A DNA stretch of 64,000 nucleotides from an uncultured delta proteobacterium (GCA_963727445.1 CAVSGI010000009.1:874599-938598); one strand, 5' to 3'; counted from the first letter of the stretch, positions 36,562-49,784 are shown. Notes: a model not told the origin generated them from the letters alone. Made by a program: numbers and translations.

Positions 36562-37632
36562 ATGAGGGGTGAAGTCGCACTGGCGGACTGGCCGTCGAAC
36601 GCCGAGCCGTCACGCGTGCTGCCCGCGAAGGCGATGTGGTTCTTCGTCGCGGGGCCGCCGGCGATGGCGCTCCTCTTCGACCCCGACTGCATCAAAGAGC
36701 CGATGCACGTCCTCAGGGCGATGATCGCGCTCGTCACCTTCACGGTGGTCACCGGCATCTCTGTCCACTACGCCTTCGAGTGGACCCACGCGCGGCTCCG
36801 CGAATCGCCGGCGGCGCTCCGCCTTGCGGCGCATGCGCTCGTGACGCCGCTGGTGGTGGTCGCGGTGAGCCTGCCCCAGCTCCCCCTCGTCCGCTTCGTC
36901 TATCCGGAGGTGGCGGGCGACGAGCTGACGGTCGTCTCGCGCGCCGTCCTGGTGAGCTACGCCTATCTCGCGGTGGCGAGCTTCATCGGCTACCTGCTCC
37001 GCCAGGCCGCGCGCGAGCGCAACCGCGCGCAGGAGGAGCGGATGCTGGCCCTCGAGTCGCGGCTGCGCGTGCTCCAGGCGCAGACCCAGCCGCACTTCCT
37101 CTTCAACAGCCTCAACGTCTGCGCCGGCCTCGTGCACGAGGACGCGGACTCGGCCGAGCGCACCCTCGACCGCCTCTCGGGCTTCCTCCGCTACTCTCTC
37201 GAGAGCACCGAGCGCCGCCTCGTTCCGCTCAGCGAAGAGCTCGACGCCATCGCCGACTACCTCGAGGTGCAGCGCCAGCGCTTCGGCTCGCGGCTCTCCT
37301 ACGAGATCGAGAGCGCGAAGCTCACCCATCGCGTCCCGCCGATGCTCCTTCAGCCGCTCGTCGAGAACGCGGTGCTCCACGGCATCGGGCGCGCGCCCGA
37401 AGGAGGCACCATCACCATCGACGCGAAGGTCGAGCAAGGCGCGCTGATGATTTCCGTCGAAGACGCGCGCCGCGGCGCCGCCGGCCCGAACCACGGCCAT
37501 CGCGGCACCGGCCTCGGCCAGAAGAACGTGCGCGAGCGCCTGGCGCTCGTCTATGGCGCGGCCGCGCAGCTGGACGCCGAGCCCACCGCGGACGGCTACC
37601 GCGCGGTGGTCACCATTCCGGTGTCGGCGTGA
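36562..37632 (+). CDS. LytS/YehU-type sensor histidine kinase
   Basis: PHFLFNSLN, LQPLVENAVLHG and GTGLGQ. Confidence 0.9.
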   Translation: MRGEVALADWPSNAEPSRVLPAKAMWFFVAGPPAMALLFDPDCIKEPMHVLRAMIALVTFTVVTGISVHYAFEWTHARLRESPAALRLAAHALVTPLVVVAVSLPQLPLVRFVYPEVAGDELTVVSRAVLVSYAYLAVASFIGYLLRQAARERNRAQEERMLALESRLRVLQAQTQPHFLFNSLNVCAGLVHEDADSAERTLDRLSGFLRYSLESTERRLVPLSEELDAIADYLEVQRQRFGSRLSYEIESAKLTHRVPPMLLQPLVENAVLHGIGRAPEGGTITIDAKVEQGALMISVEDARRGAAGPNHGHRGTGLGQKNVRERLALVYGAAAQLDAEPTADGYRAVVTIPVSA

Positions 37633-38316
37633 GAGTCCTCGTCGTCGACGACGAGCCGATCGCGCGCGCCCGCATCCTGCGCGTTCTGTCGCGCATGGAA
37701 GGCGTCGAGGTCGCGGGCGAAGCCGAAAACGGCGTCGAGGCGCTCGAGCTCGCGCGCGAGCTCGCGCCCGACGTGCTCCTCCTCGACATCGACATGCCGG
37801 GGCTCGACGGGCTCGCGGTGGCCGAATCGCCCGACGTCCCGCCCGTCATCTTCACCACCGCGCACAAAGAACACGCCATCGACGCGTTCGCGGCGAACGC
37901 CTACGACTACCTGCTCAAGCCGATTCTCGGAAGAGCGACTTCAGAAGGCGCTCGACAAGGTGGGCGAGCGCGCGCCAGCGTCGCCCAGCGAGCCCTGGCG
38001 CCTGGTCGTCGTCGACGGCTCACTGAAGCGCTTCGTCGACGCCCGTCAGGTGGAGGTCTTCTCCGCCGACAAGAAGTACGTCGCCTTCACCCTCGACGGC
38101 GAAGAGCTCCTCACCCGCGAGAGCCTCGACGCCCTCGAGACCCGCCTCGGACCTCTCGGCTTCTTGCGCGCCAGCCGCGGATCGCTCGTCCGGCGCGATG
38201 CGATCACCGCCTACGACGCGGCCGACGGGGGCACGCTGGTGCTCGAAAGCGGCGCCCGGGTCGAGGTCAGCCGCCGTGCCGCGCCCGCCGTTCGAGCGGC
38301 TCTGGGCCTCTCTTAA
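37629..38316 (+). CDS. LytTR-family response regulator, frameshifted near 37925
   Basis: [18 protein letters not shown] and DYLLKP; LytTR part (FLRASR...VSRR) in another frame. Confidence 0.85.
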
Positions 38317-38422
38317 CTCTCGCCCCGAGGCCTTTCGTGCCTCCCTGTCGTGTGTCAGCTTGCCCGCTCCGAGGCTCTTAAACCGCTCATGGAGCGGCCA
38401 CTGGGCCCGAGCAGGAGGCGCG

Positions 38423-40093
38423 ATGCGGGCACTTCACCTGGTTTTTTTCGGCGTCGTCGTCGCCGTCATGGCGATGGGCTGCGGCACCCGTGGGGACCGC
38501 CCGAGCGACGGGGGAACCTTCGACACGATGGACCCTCCGGTGGCGGGCTGCGACGCCTCCGTGGACAGCGATGGTGACGGCATCGCCGACGCCATCGACG
38601 GCAACGACGACACCGACGGTGACGGCACGCCCGACCGTCTGGACGATGACTCGGATGGCGACGGGATCAGCGACGCCGAGGAGCACGCGGGCTTCGGGCC
38701 GTGCAACATCGCGGACGCCGACATGGACGGCATCCCCAACCATCAGGACACCGACTCCGACAACGACGGCCTGAGCGACGCCGACGAGACGAACGTCTAC
38801 TACACCGATCCCCACAATCGCGACAGCGACGGCGACGGAGTGACCGACCTCGGCGAGGTCGCGGCCATGACCGATCCCAACGACGCCTCGAGCACCATCT
38901 CCGACGACGACTTCTTCGTGGTGCTTCCCTATCTCGGCGACCACGTGACGAAGACGCTGCGCTTCGGCACCGAGATCCAGCGCGCCGACATCTACTTCCT
39001 CATCGACACCACCGGTTCGATGGGGCCGTCGATCGACAACGTACGTTCGTCTCTCTCGCGCATCGCCACCGCCCTCGCCGGGGAGATCCCCGACGTGCAG
39101 ATGGGCGTCGGCCACTTCGAGGACTTCCCCTTCGCGAGCGGGAGCCCCTTCGGCGACACCTTCTTCGGCGGGCCCGCCGACGTGGCGTACGGGAACGAAC
39201 AGGACATCACGGGCGACGTCGCCGCGGTTCAGAGCGCGCTCGATGGTCTCGTCATCGGCGATGGTCACGACGGACCGGAGGCGCAGGTGCAGGCGCTCTA
39301 TCAGACGGCGACCGGCGCGGGCGGCGACTGGAACTTCATGGGCAGCGCGGCGAGCTGGAGCCTGCCGCGGCGGGACTGCTTCGCGGTGCCCGACGAGGTC
39401 GGGCGTCGTCGCGGCTATCCCTGCTTCCGCCCCGGCTCGCTTCCGGTGGTGGTGCTCGTGACCGACATCGAGTGGCACAACGGCTACGCCACCGGCGACC
39501 ATTGGCCGTACTCGCAGATCAGCCCGGCCCCGCAGGGTCTGCCCGACGCGGCGATGGCGCTGAACGCCATCGGGGGTCGCTACGTCGGCGTGGTGGTGGA
39601 CAGCGGCGGCGGCTCCTGGCCGATGGACCACGAGCAGGTCGCCATGATGACGGGGAGCGTCGACGGGACCGGCGCGCCGCTTGTCTACGACGCGGTGGCG
39701 GGCTCGGTCTCGGATCGCATCATCGACGGCATCCGCACGCTCGTCGGCAGCACGCCCCAGAACGTGACCACCGTGACCGAGAACGTGCCGCCCAATCCGG
39801 ACGGCGTGGACGCGACCGGCTTCATCATCTCGATCACCCCGCTCGAAGGGTATGGGCCCGGCGGCATCGCGGGCGCGGGCTACGACAGCAAAGACGATGT
39901 GGCCTTTTACGGTGTGACCCCCGGGACGGTGGTGGAGTTCGAGGTCGACTTCTACAACGACTTCGTCACGCCCCCGCCTACGGCGCAGGTCTACAAGGCC
40001 AACATCGTCGTGATGGGCAACGGCGTGGCGCGTCTGAGCGAGCGCAACGTCTACATCATCGTTCCGCCGGAGGGCGGGACGGTCCTGATTTAG
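38423..40093 (+). CDS. Lipoprotein with DxDxDG Ca-binding repeats and vWA domain
   Basis: AGGAGG RBS, AMGC lipobox, DSDGDG repeats and DTTGSM. Confidence 0.8.
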   Translation: MRALHLVFFGVVVAVMAMGCGTRGDRPSDGGTFDTMDPPVAGCDASVDSDGDGIADAIDGNDDTDGDGTPDRLDDDSDGDGISDAEEHAGFGPCNIADADMDGIPNHQDTDSDNDGLSDADETNVYYTDPHNRDSDGDGVTDLGEVAAMTDPNDASSTISDDDFFVVLPYLGDHVTKTLRFGTEIQRADIYFLIDTTGSMGPSIDNVRSSLSRIATALAGEIPDVQMGVGHFEDFPFASGSPFGDTFFGGPADVAYGNEQDITGDVAAVQSALDGLVIGDGHDGPEAQVQALYQTATGAGGDWNFMGSAASWSLPRRDCFAVPDEVGRRRGYPCFRPGSLPVVVLVTDIEWHNGYATGDHWPYSQISPAPQGLPDAAMALNAIGGRYVGVVVDSGGGSWPMDHEQVAMMTGSVDGTGAPLVYDAVAGSVSDRIIDGIRTLVGSTPQNVTTVTENVPPNPDGVDATGFIISITPLEGYGPGGIAGAGYDSKDDVAFYGVTPGTVVEFEVDFYNDFVTPPPTAQVYKANIVVMGNGVARLSERNVYIIVPPEGGTVLI

Positions 40094-40157
40094 CGCACAT
40101 CCCGCGCCCCCGAGGCGGGTAGTCTTTCGCGCCGTCTCGTGTCACAACACCGGCCCC

Positions 40158-41834
<1,677 letters not shown>

Positions 41835-41982
41835 GCCGCCCCTCTCCGACCCGGCGGGGACGTCGTTCACTTTTGACGCAACCCAGGCGAGCGCGATCGA
41901 ACGCGGGTCGTTGCCGGATCGCGCGACCCGCGCTGGTCAAAAGTGCACTGCGTCCCCTTCCAACGTCCTTGGGGGGGACGCA

Positions 41983-42161
41983 CGGATTCGGAGTTCGGAT
42001 TCGGAGTTCGGATTCGGAGTTCGGATTCGGATTCGGAGTTCGGAGTTCGGATTCGGAGTTCGGATTCGGTGTCGGATTCGGATTCGGATTCGGAGTTCGG
42101 TGTCGGATTCGGATTCGGAGTCGGGGGCGGGTTCGGATTCGGAGTTCGGAGTTCGGATTCG
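41983..42161. repeat. Short tandem repeat of mixed CGGATT / CGGAGTT / CGGTGT units
   Basis: Directly visible. Confidence 0.95.
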
Positions 42162-42166
42162 TGATC

Positions 42167-42229
42167 GGACCCTGAGGTGCGTGGTGTTGCTCATGGGGGG
42201 TATGAGCAACACCACGCACCTCAGGGTCC
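42167..42229 (+). promoter_or_regulatory. Perfect 28-bp inverted repeat whose right arm is the first 28 nt of the four-helix-bundle ORF
   Basis: GGACCCTGAGGTGCGTGGTGTTGCTCAT-GGGGGGT-ATGAGCAACACCACGCACCTCAGGGTCC. The regulatory role is inferred. Confidence 0.8.
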
Positions 42230-42540
42230 TTCGGGATACGATCCAAATCATTCGGGAGCTTCGGCCGGTCATCGGGCGGCTGAAGAAGCGGAACGCGAAG
42301 CTAGCGGATCAGCTGGAGCGGGCCGCGACGAGCAGCGCGTTGAACCAGGGCGAAGGGAATGCGATGCGGGGCGGCAATCGCCGCAAGCACTTCGACATCG
42401 CGCTGGGCTCGACCCAGGAAGTGAGGGTCGCCCTCGAGACGGCGGCGGCCCTCGGGTACATCCCCGACGAGATCGTCACCCGATTCGATCCACGACTCGA
42501 CTCGATCTGCGCGCGGCTGTATCGGCTCGCAGGGTATTGA
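42202..42540 (+). CDS. Four-helix-bundle protein (23S rRNA IVP-like family)
   Basis: 112 aa; LADQLERAATS-ALN-GEG...HFDIALGS-QE...LGY pattern. Confidence 0.85.
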   Translation: MSNTTHLRVLRDTIQIIRELRPVIGRLKKRNAKLADQLERAATSSALNQGEGNAMRGGNRRKHFDIALGSTQEVRVALETAAALGYIPDEIVTRFDPRLDSICARLYRLAGY

Positions 42541-42903
42541 GCGGCTCGCGGCGAGAAGCATCGGAGATTCGCGCGCGCGATCACTTTCCCCGGGGAAAGG
42601 ATGCGCGCCTGAGCTCTCCCTCCGCCGTTCGGTCCGCGCTCAAAGACTGCCGCTGAGACTCTGGTCGATCCACTTTGTCACCCCTCTGGGGGGACAAGCC
42701 TCTGCGCGTTGCACTGCGAAGCCATTCGCTGCGCGACGAATGAATCGTGACGAACCGAAGCGATCGAACTCCTTCGTCACAATCTCTGCCGTCGTGCCAC
42801 TCACCCCACGGGACGTCCGTATGCGTAACCGCAGTTGCGAACGAGTTGGGGGGGGGGTGTACGTTCATTGCACAGCTCTTGTGAGCAGAATAGGGGGGCC
42901 GCG

Positions 42904-44868
42904 ATGGGAATTCGAGGTCTACGAACCGAGCATGTGCTCGCGCTGTTCGTCGGGCTGCTCTCGATCGTGGCGAGTCCCGTGCGTGCGCAACAGCGACGCG
43001 CCGGGCCGCCCTTTCGCAACGACATCGTCGCGTCGTTCAGCAGCGGCACCGTCCTCATCGACGTCGACGGCTCCACCGCGATTACGACGATCACCGGCGG
43101 ACGGATGGCGCTCTCGACAGACAACGTCCATTGCACGCCAACAACCGCGGCACCATGCCCGTATACCGTCCTCGATCTGCGCGTCGCCGTGGCCGATTTT
43201 TCGATCGAAGGCCTCGACTTCGAGGAGGTCGCGCTCCTCAACGCCATCACCGCCGTCGATCGACCGGATGACGGGAGCGGGCTCCACGTTCGCCCAGTGA
43301 TTCCATACTGGGTATTTGGCCGACTCGACGGAGAGCCCTTCGGGTTTCGCACGACACCAGACATGACCGAAGACGTGTTGGAGATCATGGATCTCGTGGT
43401 CACACCAACCGAGAACCACGCCACGATCTTCGGCCACCTCTCGGGAACGATCGGGTCGCTGCACGTGCGCGCCACCATCATGGCGAGCGCAGACGAGCCG
43501 TTCGACAACGTTCCACCCGTCGCCGATGCCGGTCGCGATGTGTCGGCGACGACATCCTGTATCGCCGACGTGCTACCCGACGCGTCCGGGACCTTCGACC
43601 CGAACGGCAACGAAACGGGCGCGTGGTGGGAGCTGAACCAGTACGGCCTCGCGGAATCCGAAGACCCCGTACGACTCCAGCCGGGCGACTACGATCTCAC
43701 GCTGGTCGCGCGGGACGACTTTGGTGGGGAAGCGAAGGACACGACGTTCGTCCACGTGAGTGACGACGGGACGAGCCCACCGCTCCCGGGCATGGCTGTC
43801 GTCTCGTTCGAGGTTCCTCCGGGGTCGGCGCCCGAGCGCTTCGCGCTCGTGGGAAGCGACGGCATCGAGCTGAAACCGAACGCTTCGGTGCTGACCGCCG
43901 ACAGTCGCGGTGCACCCGTATCGAGTGGTGGAGCGCTCACGATGAGCGTGAGTTCGCACGCGGGCGAGAGCTACGTTGCTGACGACACCCTGCTTCGGAA
44001 CCGTGCGTGGATCGAGGGGGCGCTCCACGCGGGCGCCGGAGTGCAAACGGGTCACGACGTACGCATCGACGGGGGTATCCTGCGTGATGGGCCGTACGAG
44101 CCAGGTGTCGTCACGAGCTTCTACGTACCCACCGTGCCCCGCGAAGCGCCCTCGGTCGTCCTCCGACCCGGTGAGCACGCCAGCCTGGTTCCGGGGGCCT
44201 ACGAGCGTATCGCGCTCGGCCCAGGCGCGGTGCTCGAGCTCGCGCCCGGCGTATACGCAGTAAACGACCTGCGAGTTCCGCCGAACGCTCAGCTCCTCAC
44301 GCGTGAGCAGGGCGAAGGCGTCCCTTCGATCCTCGCCGTGCACCAGACTGCCTTCTACCACGGCGATATCGTGGCAACCGAAGGCACGCCCTCACTCCTC
44401 ATCGCGTATCTCGGCATCGAGGCCTGGACGATCCACTCCGCCTTCAACGGCTGGATCGTCGCGCCGAACGCGACCCTCGTCCTCGCCGGTGTCGCGCACC
44501 GAGGCGGATTCATCGCCAGGCAGATCCTCGTGCAGCCACACGCCGTGATTACCCAGCAGGCTCTCTCCTGGGCGTTCGTCCGCGATTCACGTAACGCGTG
44601 CGCCCTCGAACCGCGGGTCACGTGCGTGAAAGAGGGCCCGGGCGGCCTCGTGGCGGTGTTCGGATATCGAAACGTGCTCGAGCACATCGGCGCGTTCGTC
44701 CCGGCGGGTCCGTTCAATCGGGTCGATGGATCGGCGAGGCCACCGCCGCCGTTCTTCTGGCCCGGGCAGGTGGACGAAGCGTTCGCAGTCTCCTTCACGG
44801 AGCGAGCCACCTGGGTCCTCGGCGGCCGGACCGCGACCGCAACGGAAGGGAGCACGCGATGTCCATGA
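42904..44868 (+). CDS. Secreted multi-domain hypothetical protein (PKD-like and beta-helix-like segments)
   Basis: Signal peptide; NVPPVADAG...DASGTFDPNG; FNGWIVAPNA. Confidence 0.65.
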   Translation: MGIRGLRTEHVLALFVGLLSIVASPVRAQQRRAGPPFRNDIVASFSSGTVLIDVDGSTAITTITGGRMALSTDNVHCTPTTAAPCPYTVLDLRVAVADFSIEGLDFEEVALLNAITAVDRPDDGSGLHVRPVIPYWVFGRLDGEPFGFRTTPDMTEDVLEIMDLVVTPTENHATIFGHLSGTIGSLHVRATIMASADEPFDNVPPVADAGRDVSATTSCIADVLPDASGTFDPNGNETGAWWELNQYGLAESEDPVRLQPGDYDLTLVARDDFGGEAKDTTFVHVSDDGTSPPLPGMAVVSFEVPPGSAPERFALVGSDGIELKPNASVLTADSRGAPVSSGGALTMSVSSHAGESYVADDTLLRNRAWIEGALHAGAGVQTGHDVRIDGGILRDGPYEPGVVTSFYVPTVPREAPSVVLRPGEHASLVPGAYERIALGPGAVLELAPGVYAVNDLRVPPNAQLLTREQGEGVPSILAVHQTAFYHGDIVATEGTPSLLIAYLGIEAWTIHSAFNGWIVAPNATLVLAGVAHRGGFIARQILVQPHAVITQQALSWAFVRDSRNACALEPRVTCVKEGPGGLVAVFGYRNVLEHIGAFVPAGPFNRVDGSARPPPPFFWPGQVDEAFAVSFTERATWVLGGRTATATEGSTRCP

Positions 44869-45242
44869 CGCGTCATGTTCGTTTATCGGGGGTGGTGCTC
44901 GCAGCCGTCCTGTGTTTCTCGTGCGGCTCATCATCCGACGAGGTGCCCCCGACCGGCGTCGACCTCGACACGCCGGTGGAGTCGCTGGCGGGTTGGAGCG
45001 CGCTGATCGCGTCGATGGACCTTCCCGAAAATCGCGACGTCGGCTTGGCGAGCTGGGTGGAGACCTTTCGGGAAGGCCTGGACATCGCGCGTATGGGCGC
45101 GACGCCGACCGATCGCGAGGAAGCCGAGACCGCGTGGTGGAATGAGGCGCGCCGTGCACTCCCCGCCATCGTCGGAACCGACAACGTCGATCGCGTCATC
45201 GCATGGCTCGAGATGCTCTACGGCAACCGGGGGACGCCATGA
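44865..45242 (+). CDS. Hypothetical lipoprotein
   Basis: Signal ending CFSC; ATGA overlaps on both sides. Confidence 0.65.
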   Translation: MTRHVRLSGVVLAAVLCFSCGSSSDEVPPTGVDLDTPVESLAGWSALIASMDLPENRDVGLASWVETFREGLDIARMGATPTDREEAETAWWNEARRALPAIVGTDNVDRVIAWLEMLYGNRGTP

Positions 45243-47076
45243 CACCGAAGCTCCAGCTGAGCCTTGCCGGCGCGATCACGGTATCGAGCCTCGTCGGGTG
45301 TGGCGGTGACGCTCACCCCCCGCCTCCTTCCCGTTGCTTCTCCGAGCAGAGCGTGATCACCTGCACGGCCAGCGCGACGGGCGTATGCTTGGAATACGAC
45401 ATGACCGGCGCTTGCATCGGTGGAAGAGAAGACCAACCCGACCACGTTCCGGCCGAGGTCGTTGCGCTCGGTCATCCGCCCTGCGGTGCCTACGCACGGT
45501 TTGGGGTGACTCGGCCCGATGGCGGGCCACCGACCCCGGAGGAAGGCCAGGCTGAGTGTGAGCGGATTGATTGCGGTGATTGCGAGGCTCCTCCAGTAGA
45601 CGGTGGGGTCGCCCCTTGTGAGTCCTGTGCCGCGACCTTCGTCGCTTGGGGGATGGAATGCCCTCCCGAAGACAGGACGTTGAGCGCCTGCCCCGAGGAG
45701 AGGCGTGGTGGCACTAGCACCGGGAGTGGTGATGGCGGCGTCGATGGCAGCGAGACACCCGAGCCCGGCTCCTTCCGCATCCTCAGCTTCCCCTGGGCCG
45801 GCCCGGGCGGGGGCATTGGGGACCCGGTCGCCGAGACCGAGCTGCCCGACGCATTGGCACCGACCGGCGGCATCACCGTCGTACGGATGGAAGTCCTGCC
45901 CGAGCTCGGCGCGCACGAGCCGCGCCTCTTCGTCGTCACCAGCGGCGTCGCCGGAGGTACGCCGCCGTTGGTGGCTGCGTTCACATTCGAGCCGAACGCG
46001 GACGGAACCGGAGCCGAGGGCGTCCTCGACTACGGCCTCGACACGGATGGAGACGGCGATCCGGACAGCCCCTTTCCGCTGCCTGTTCCCGCCGCGCGCG
46101 GGGGCACCGCCGCCGTCACCTCGGTCGACTTCTTCACGGCCCTCTCGAGCGACGACCCCTGGGCGCTCGTCGGCACCACGAGTGGCGTCTTCCTCTTCGA
46201 CATGACCGAGGATGGTCCGATAGCCATCGTGGACCCGCTGTCCGCCGATCCCACGATGACCGGCACGGGCGCGGCGGTCGTCGCTAACATCTCCACGTTC
46301 TACGGTCTGGATCCGGTGTTTCACGATCCGCTGGCTGGACAGACGTGGACGGCGTTCACGACCTCGATGACAGCGACCTCGACGTTGACCGTCACGCAGA
46401 ACCTCGGCGGACCTTCTCCGCAAGGAACGCTTACGAGCGCCTCAACAGATGGGGTATCGCGGAGCATGAGCGTCGCGGGAACCCCCGACTTTCCTCCGGG
46501 AATCTGGGTCGGGGAAGTCCCGGCCGAAATCGAGAGCTTTCAATCGGGAAGCTTCTCTCCGGCAACGCTAGCCCGAAGAGAATCGGTCTCCGTCGAGGGC
46601 CCACTAACCGTCAGCGCGCTCGCCGGTCCCGTCGCGACGAGCGCGAGCGATCAGCTCGTCGCCGCGCTCGACTCCACGAGCGGTGCGCCCACCGTCTCAC
46701 TCCAGGCGTTCACCGGGGGAACCTCGACAACGTCCCGGCGATGACCGACTTCGCTGGTACCGTCGTCGGAATGGAACCGGTCGTTCTCGGGCCGGGAGGC
46801 CCGGTGGGGCCCGGCGTCTTTGGCGAGTTCTACGTCATCGTCCTGAGTCGCGGCCCGGGTGTGATCCGCGTGTTCTACCCGAGGACCGCGACCGCCGGCG
46901 GGTTCATCCTGAACGACGAGCAGGACCTGGAAGCGACGCTCACGCCCCTGGCATTCGCGCTTGGCCTCGAGCCGGGCGAGATCCCCGAGATACCCCCTCC
47001 CCCGGAGGAGCCGGAGCCGGAGGCGGGGCTCGCGTTCATCCACGTCCTGGTTCTCGAGGCGCCGACGGGGCCCTGA
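45239..47076 (+). CDS. Hypothetical Cys-rich lipoprotein; probably one gene frameshifted at the G-run near 46717, or two genes split at 46741
   Basis: Lipobox LVGC; ORFs 45239-46744 and 46741-47076. Confidence 0.6.
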
Positions 47077-47088
47077 GGTCGGAGGAGG

Positions 47089-48120
47089 ATGAGCAAGACG
47101 TTCATTGCAGCGGCCCTCCTCGCGCTTGGAACGGCGTGCAGCGGGCCGCCTGCGACGAACGACGCGAGCATGCCCGACGGTGGAGCGGGTGACGCGGGGA
47201 CGACAGGTTTCCTCACCGTGAGCAGCGTACACCGCGGAAACTGTGCCCTTCATTCGTCGAGGCGCGCGGTGTGCTGGGGGGACATCAACCCGGATGGTTT
47301 CTGGATCGACGATGTCGACGAGGCGGAAGCCGGCTTCGGGCCCTGCTTTCTTCGGGGTACGACGGCGATGTGTTTCAGGGTGGCGGACCTCGGCATGCAA
47401 CCGTGGCCCGTCCCCCCTGCGGACTACCGAATGGTAGGCGCCGGCAACGCCCAAGCGTGCGGGCTCCGCACGGATGGGTCCGCGATTTGCTGGGACGCGG
47501 CCGGGCGCATCTACGACAATGATCCAATCTACACCGAAAGGTTCTTGAAGATCCGAGTCGATTGGGCGTTGGCGTGTGGGATCACCGAGTCCGGAAGCGC
47601 CTCGTGCTGGAACATTGGTATCCCTCCCGAGACGTTGTTTCCTGCACCGCTTCCCGGCGACGAGTACATCGATGCCAGCAACGATGGTTTCTCTTCGTGT
47701 GGAATCAATCTAGCCGGTGAGGTTCGGTGCGCGCCAGGAATCTGTCGCGTGGACGGGGCCACCGGCGAGACGACCTGCAACGAGCCGACCTTCCCAGCCG
47801 CCGACGGCGGGCGAGAGACGTGGTCCGAAGCCGCGGGCGATCCGCCGCCCGGGCCGTTCACGAAGATCTCCATGATGGCAGATGCCAGAAGCGCGGGTCT
47901 TTGCGCCCTCAGGCCCACCGGTGAGGTCGTCTGCTGGGGCCGGGCGTACGAGATGTACCTGCGCGACACCGAGCCTCACGGCGTCTTGTTCCGCGACATC
48001 GCCACAGGTTCCAGTCACGCCTGCGGCGTCACTCTCGACGATGGCGAGATCCTCTGCTGGGGCACCGCGCCCCCCGGCCAGGACTTCGGCCAGACGCGGC
48101 CCCCGCCGCCAGGGCCGTGA
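47089..48120 (+). CDS. RCC1-like repeat lipoprotein
   Basis: GGAGG RBS, GTAC lipobox, repeated ACG...CWG units. Confidence 0.75.
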   Translation: MSKTFIAAALLALGTACSGPPATNDASMPDGGAGDAGTTGFLTVSSVHRGNCALHSSRRAVCWGDINPDGFWIDDVDEAEAGFGPCFLRGTTAMCFRVADLGMQPWPVPPADYRMVGAGNAQACGLRTDGSAICWDAAGRIYDNDPIYTERFLKIRVDWALACGITESGSASCWNIGIPPETLFPAPLPGDEYIDASNDGFSSCGINLAGEVRCAPGICRVDGATGETTCNEPTFPAADGGRETWSEAAGDPPPGPFTKISMMADARSAGLCALRPTGEVVCWGRAYEMYLRDTEPHGVLFRDIATGSSHACGVTLDDGEILCWGTAPPGQDFGQTRPPPPGP

Positions 48121-48129
48121 GGGTCGAAT

Positions 48130-48264
48130 CGGCACAAGCCGCTGGGGGATGCGGCGGACGTGCCGAAGCAGATCGAGTATCGGAAGCTGACGCGGAGTTG
48201 AAGGCGATCCAAGTCCGACTCATCGAGACGGCGGCGCCCGCGCGCGATCACTTTCCCCGGGGAA
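48130..48264 (+). pseudogene. Collapsed third copy of the ettA-end module
   Basis: 48130-48201 reads [23 protein letters not shown] (19/23 identical to the EttA C-terminus). 48223-48236 equals 42434-42447, and 48239-48264 equals 42572-42597. Confidence 0.85.
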
Positions 48265-48311
48265 TGGACATCGCTGTCACAGCAGCCCGAAAGGCTCCAG
48301 GTGTCGCGGGC

Positions 48312-48794
48312 TCATTCGTCGAGGTCGTCGATCAGACCTGCCTCCTCGAGCATCGCGATATCGGCCTGATCCTTCGGCCGTCCCGCCGCGCGTTTCGTGA
48401 GCACGTACTCGCGCTTTCCGAGAAAGGGAACCGTCTGGTCGTCGATGGTGATCTCGTTGCGGCCGCGCCATGCTTCTTCGAAGGTGACGCCATCGATGCC
48501 GGTCGTCACGTCGATCGCCAGTGGCGCTCGACCGATCGAGAACATCCGATCTCGTTCGGACATGTGCATAGGGATCTTCGCGACCAGCCTCTCGAACCCT
48601 CCGAACTCCGCGAGAGCATCGGCGAGCCGTCGTGCGTTCTCGCCTGACGCTTCGACGAAGACGTCGAGATCGTCTGAGAAGCGCGGCCTACCCAGCGTCG
48701 CCAGGACGTGGGCGCCGATCACCACGAAGCGAACGTCGTGGCGCTTCAGCGAGAACAAAAACTCTTTGAAGTCGCTGTGAAGGGCCGTCTTCAT
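48312..48794 (-). CDS. Nucleotidyltransferase-fold protein (DUF6036-like)
   Basis: VVIGAH...PRFSDDLD, IDV and KRAAGRPKDQADI. Confidence 0.8.
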   Translation of the reverse strand: MKTALHSDFKEFLFSLKRHDVRFVVIGAHVLATLGRPRFSDDLDVFVEASGENARRLADALAEFGGFERLVAKIPMHMSERDRMFSIGRAPLAIDVTTGIDGVTFEEAWRGRNEITIDDQTVPFLGKREYVLTKRAAGRPKDQADIAMLEEAGLIDDLDE

Positions 48795-48933
48795 AGGCGC
48801 TCGTCCGTAGCTCTTCCAAGGCGATGAGTCCCTCGATGGGTGTCAACGCGGCGGCACGCTCGCGAATGAAGCGCTCGTTGTCGCTGGTCTGACCCAAGCG
48901 AAATGACTCGTCCACGTGGATAGTGTGCCGCAT
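48688..48933 (-). CDS. Small partner protein upstream of the nucleotidyltransferase
   Basis: 81-aa ORF (LTPIEGLIALEELR...RLQRV) overlapping the NTase start. Confidence 0.55.
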   Translation of the reverse strand: MRHTIHVDESFRLGQTSDNERFIRERAAALTPIEGLIALEELRTSAYEDGPSQRLQRVFVLAEAPRRSLRGDRRPRPGDAG

Positions 48934-48991
48934 TTTCGAGTCGGGGTCATGAACCGCCTCGACTTCGCGCGTGGCCTGGGGCGAGTACTCG

Positions 48992-49438
<447 letters not shown>

Positions 49439-49586
49439 GCCGCCCCTCTCCGACCCGGCGGGGACGTCGTTCACTTTTGACGCAACCCAGGCGAGCGCGA
49501 TCGAACGCGGGTCGTTGCCGGATCGCGCGACCCGGGCTGGTCAAAAGTGCACTGCGTCCCCTTCCAACGTCCTTGGGGGGGACGCA

Positions 49587-49744
49587 CGGATTCGGAGGTC
49601 GGATTCGGAGGTCGGATTCGGAGGTCGGATTCGGATTCGGATTCGGTGTCGGATTCGGATTCGGATTCGGAGTTCGGTGTCGGATTCGGATTCGGAGTCG
49701 GGGGCGGGGGCGGATTCGGAGTTCGGATTCGGAGTTCGGATTCG
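49587..49744. repeat. Short tandem repeat of CGGATT / CGGAGGT / CGGAGTT units, copy 2
   Basis: Directly visible. Confidence 0.95.
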
Positions 49745-49784
49745 TGATCGGACCCTGAGGTGCGTGGTGTTGCTCATGGGGGGT

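Noticed and set aside
41983..42161. CRISPR array
   Set aside because: Contiguous 6-7-nt units with no unique spacers, and no cas genes in the window.
42202..42540. Diversity-generating retroelement (Avd-like gene) or rRNA intervening sequence
   Set aside because: No reverse transcriptase, no template/variable repeat pair with adenine-specific changes, and no rRNA in the window.
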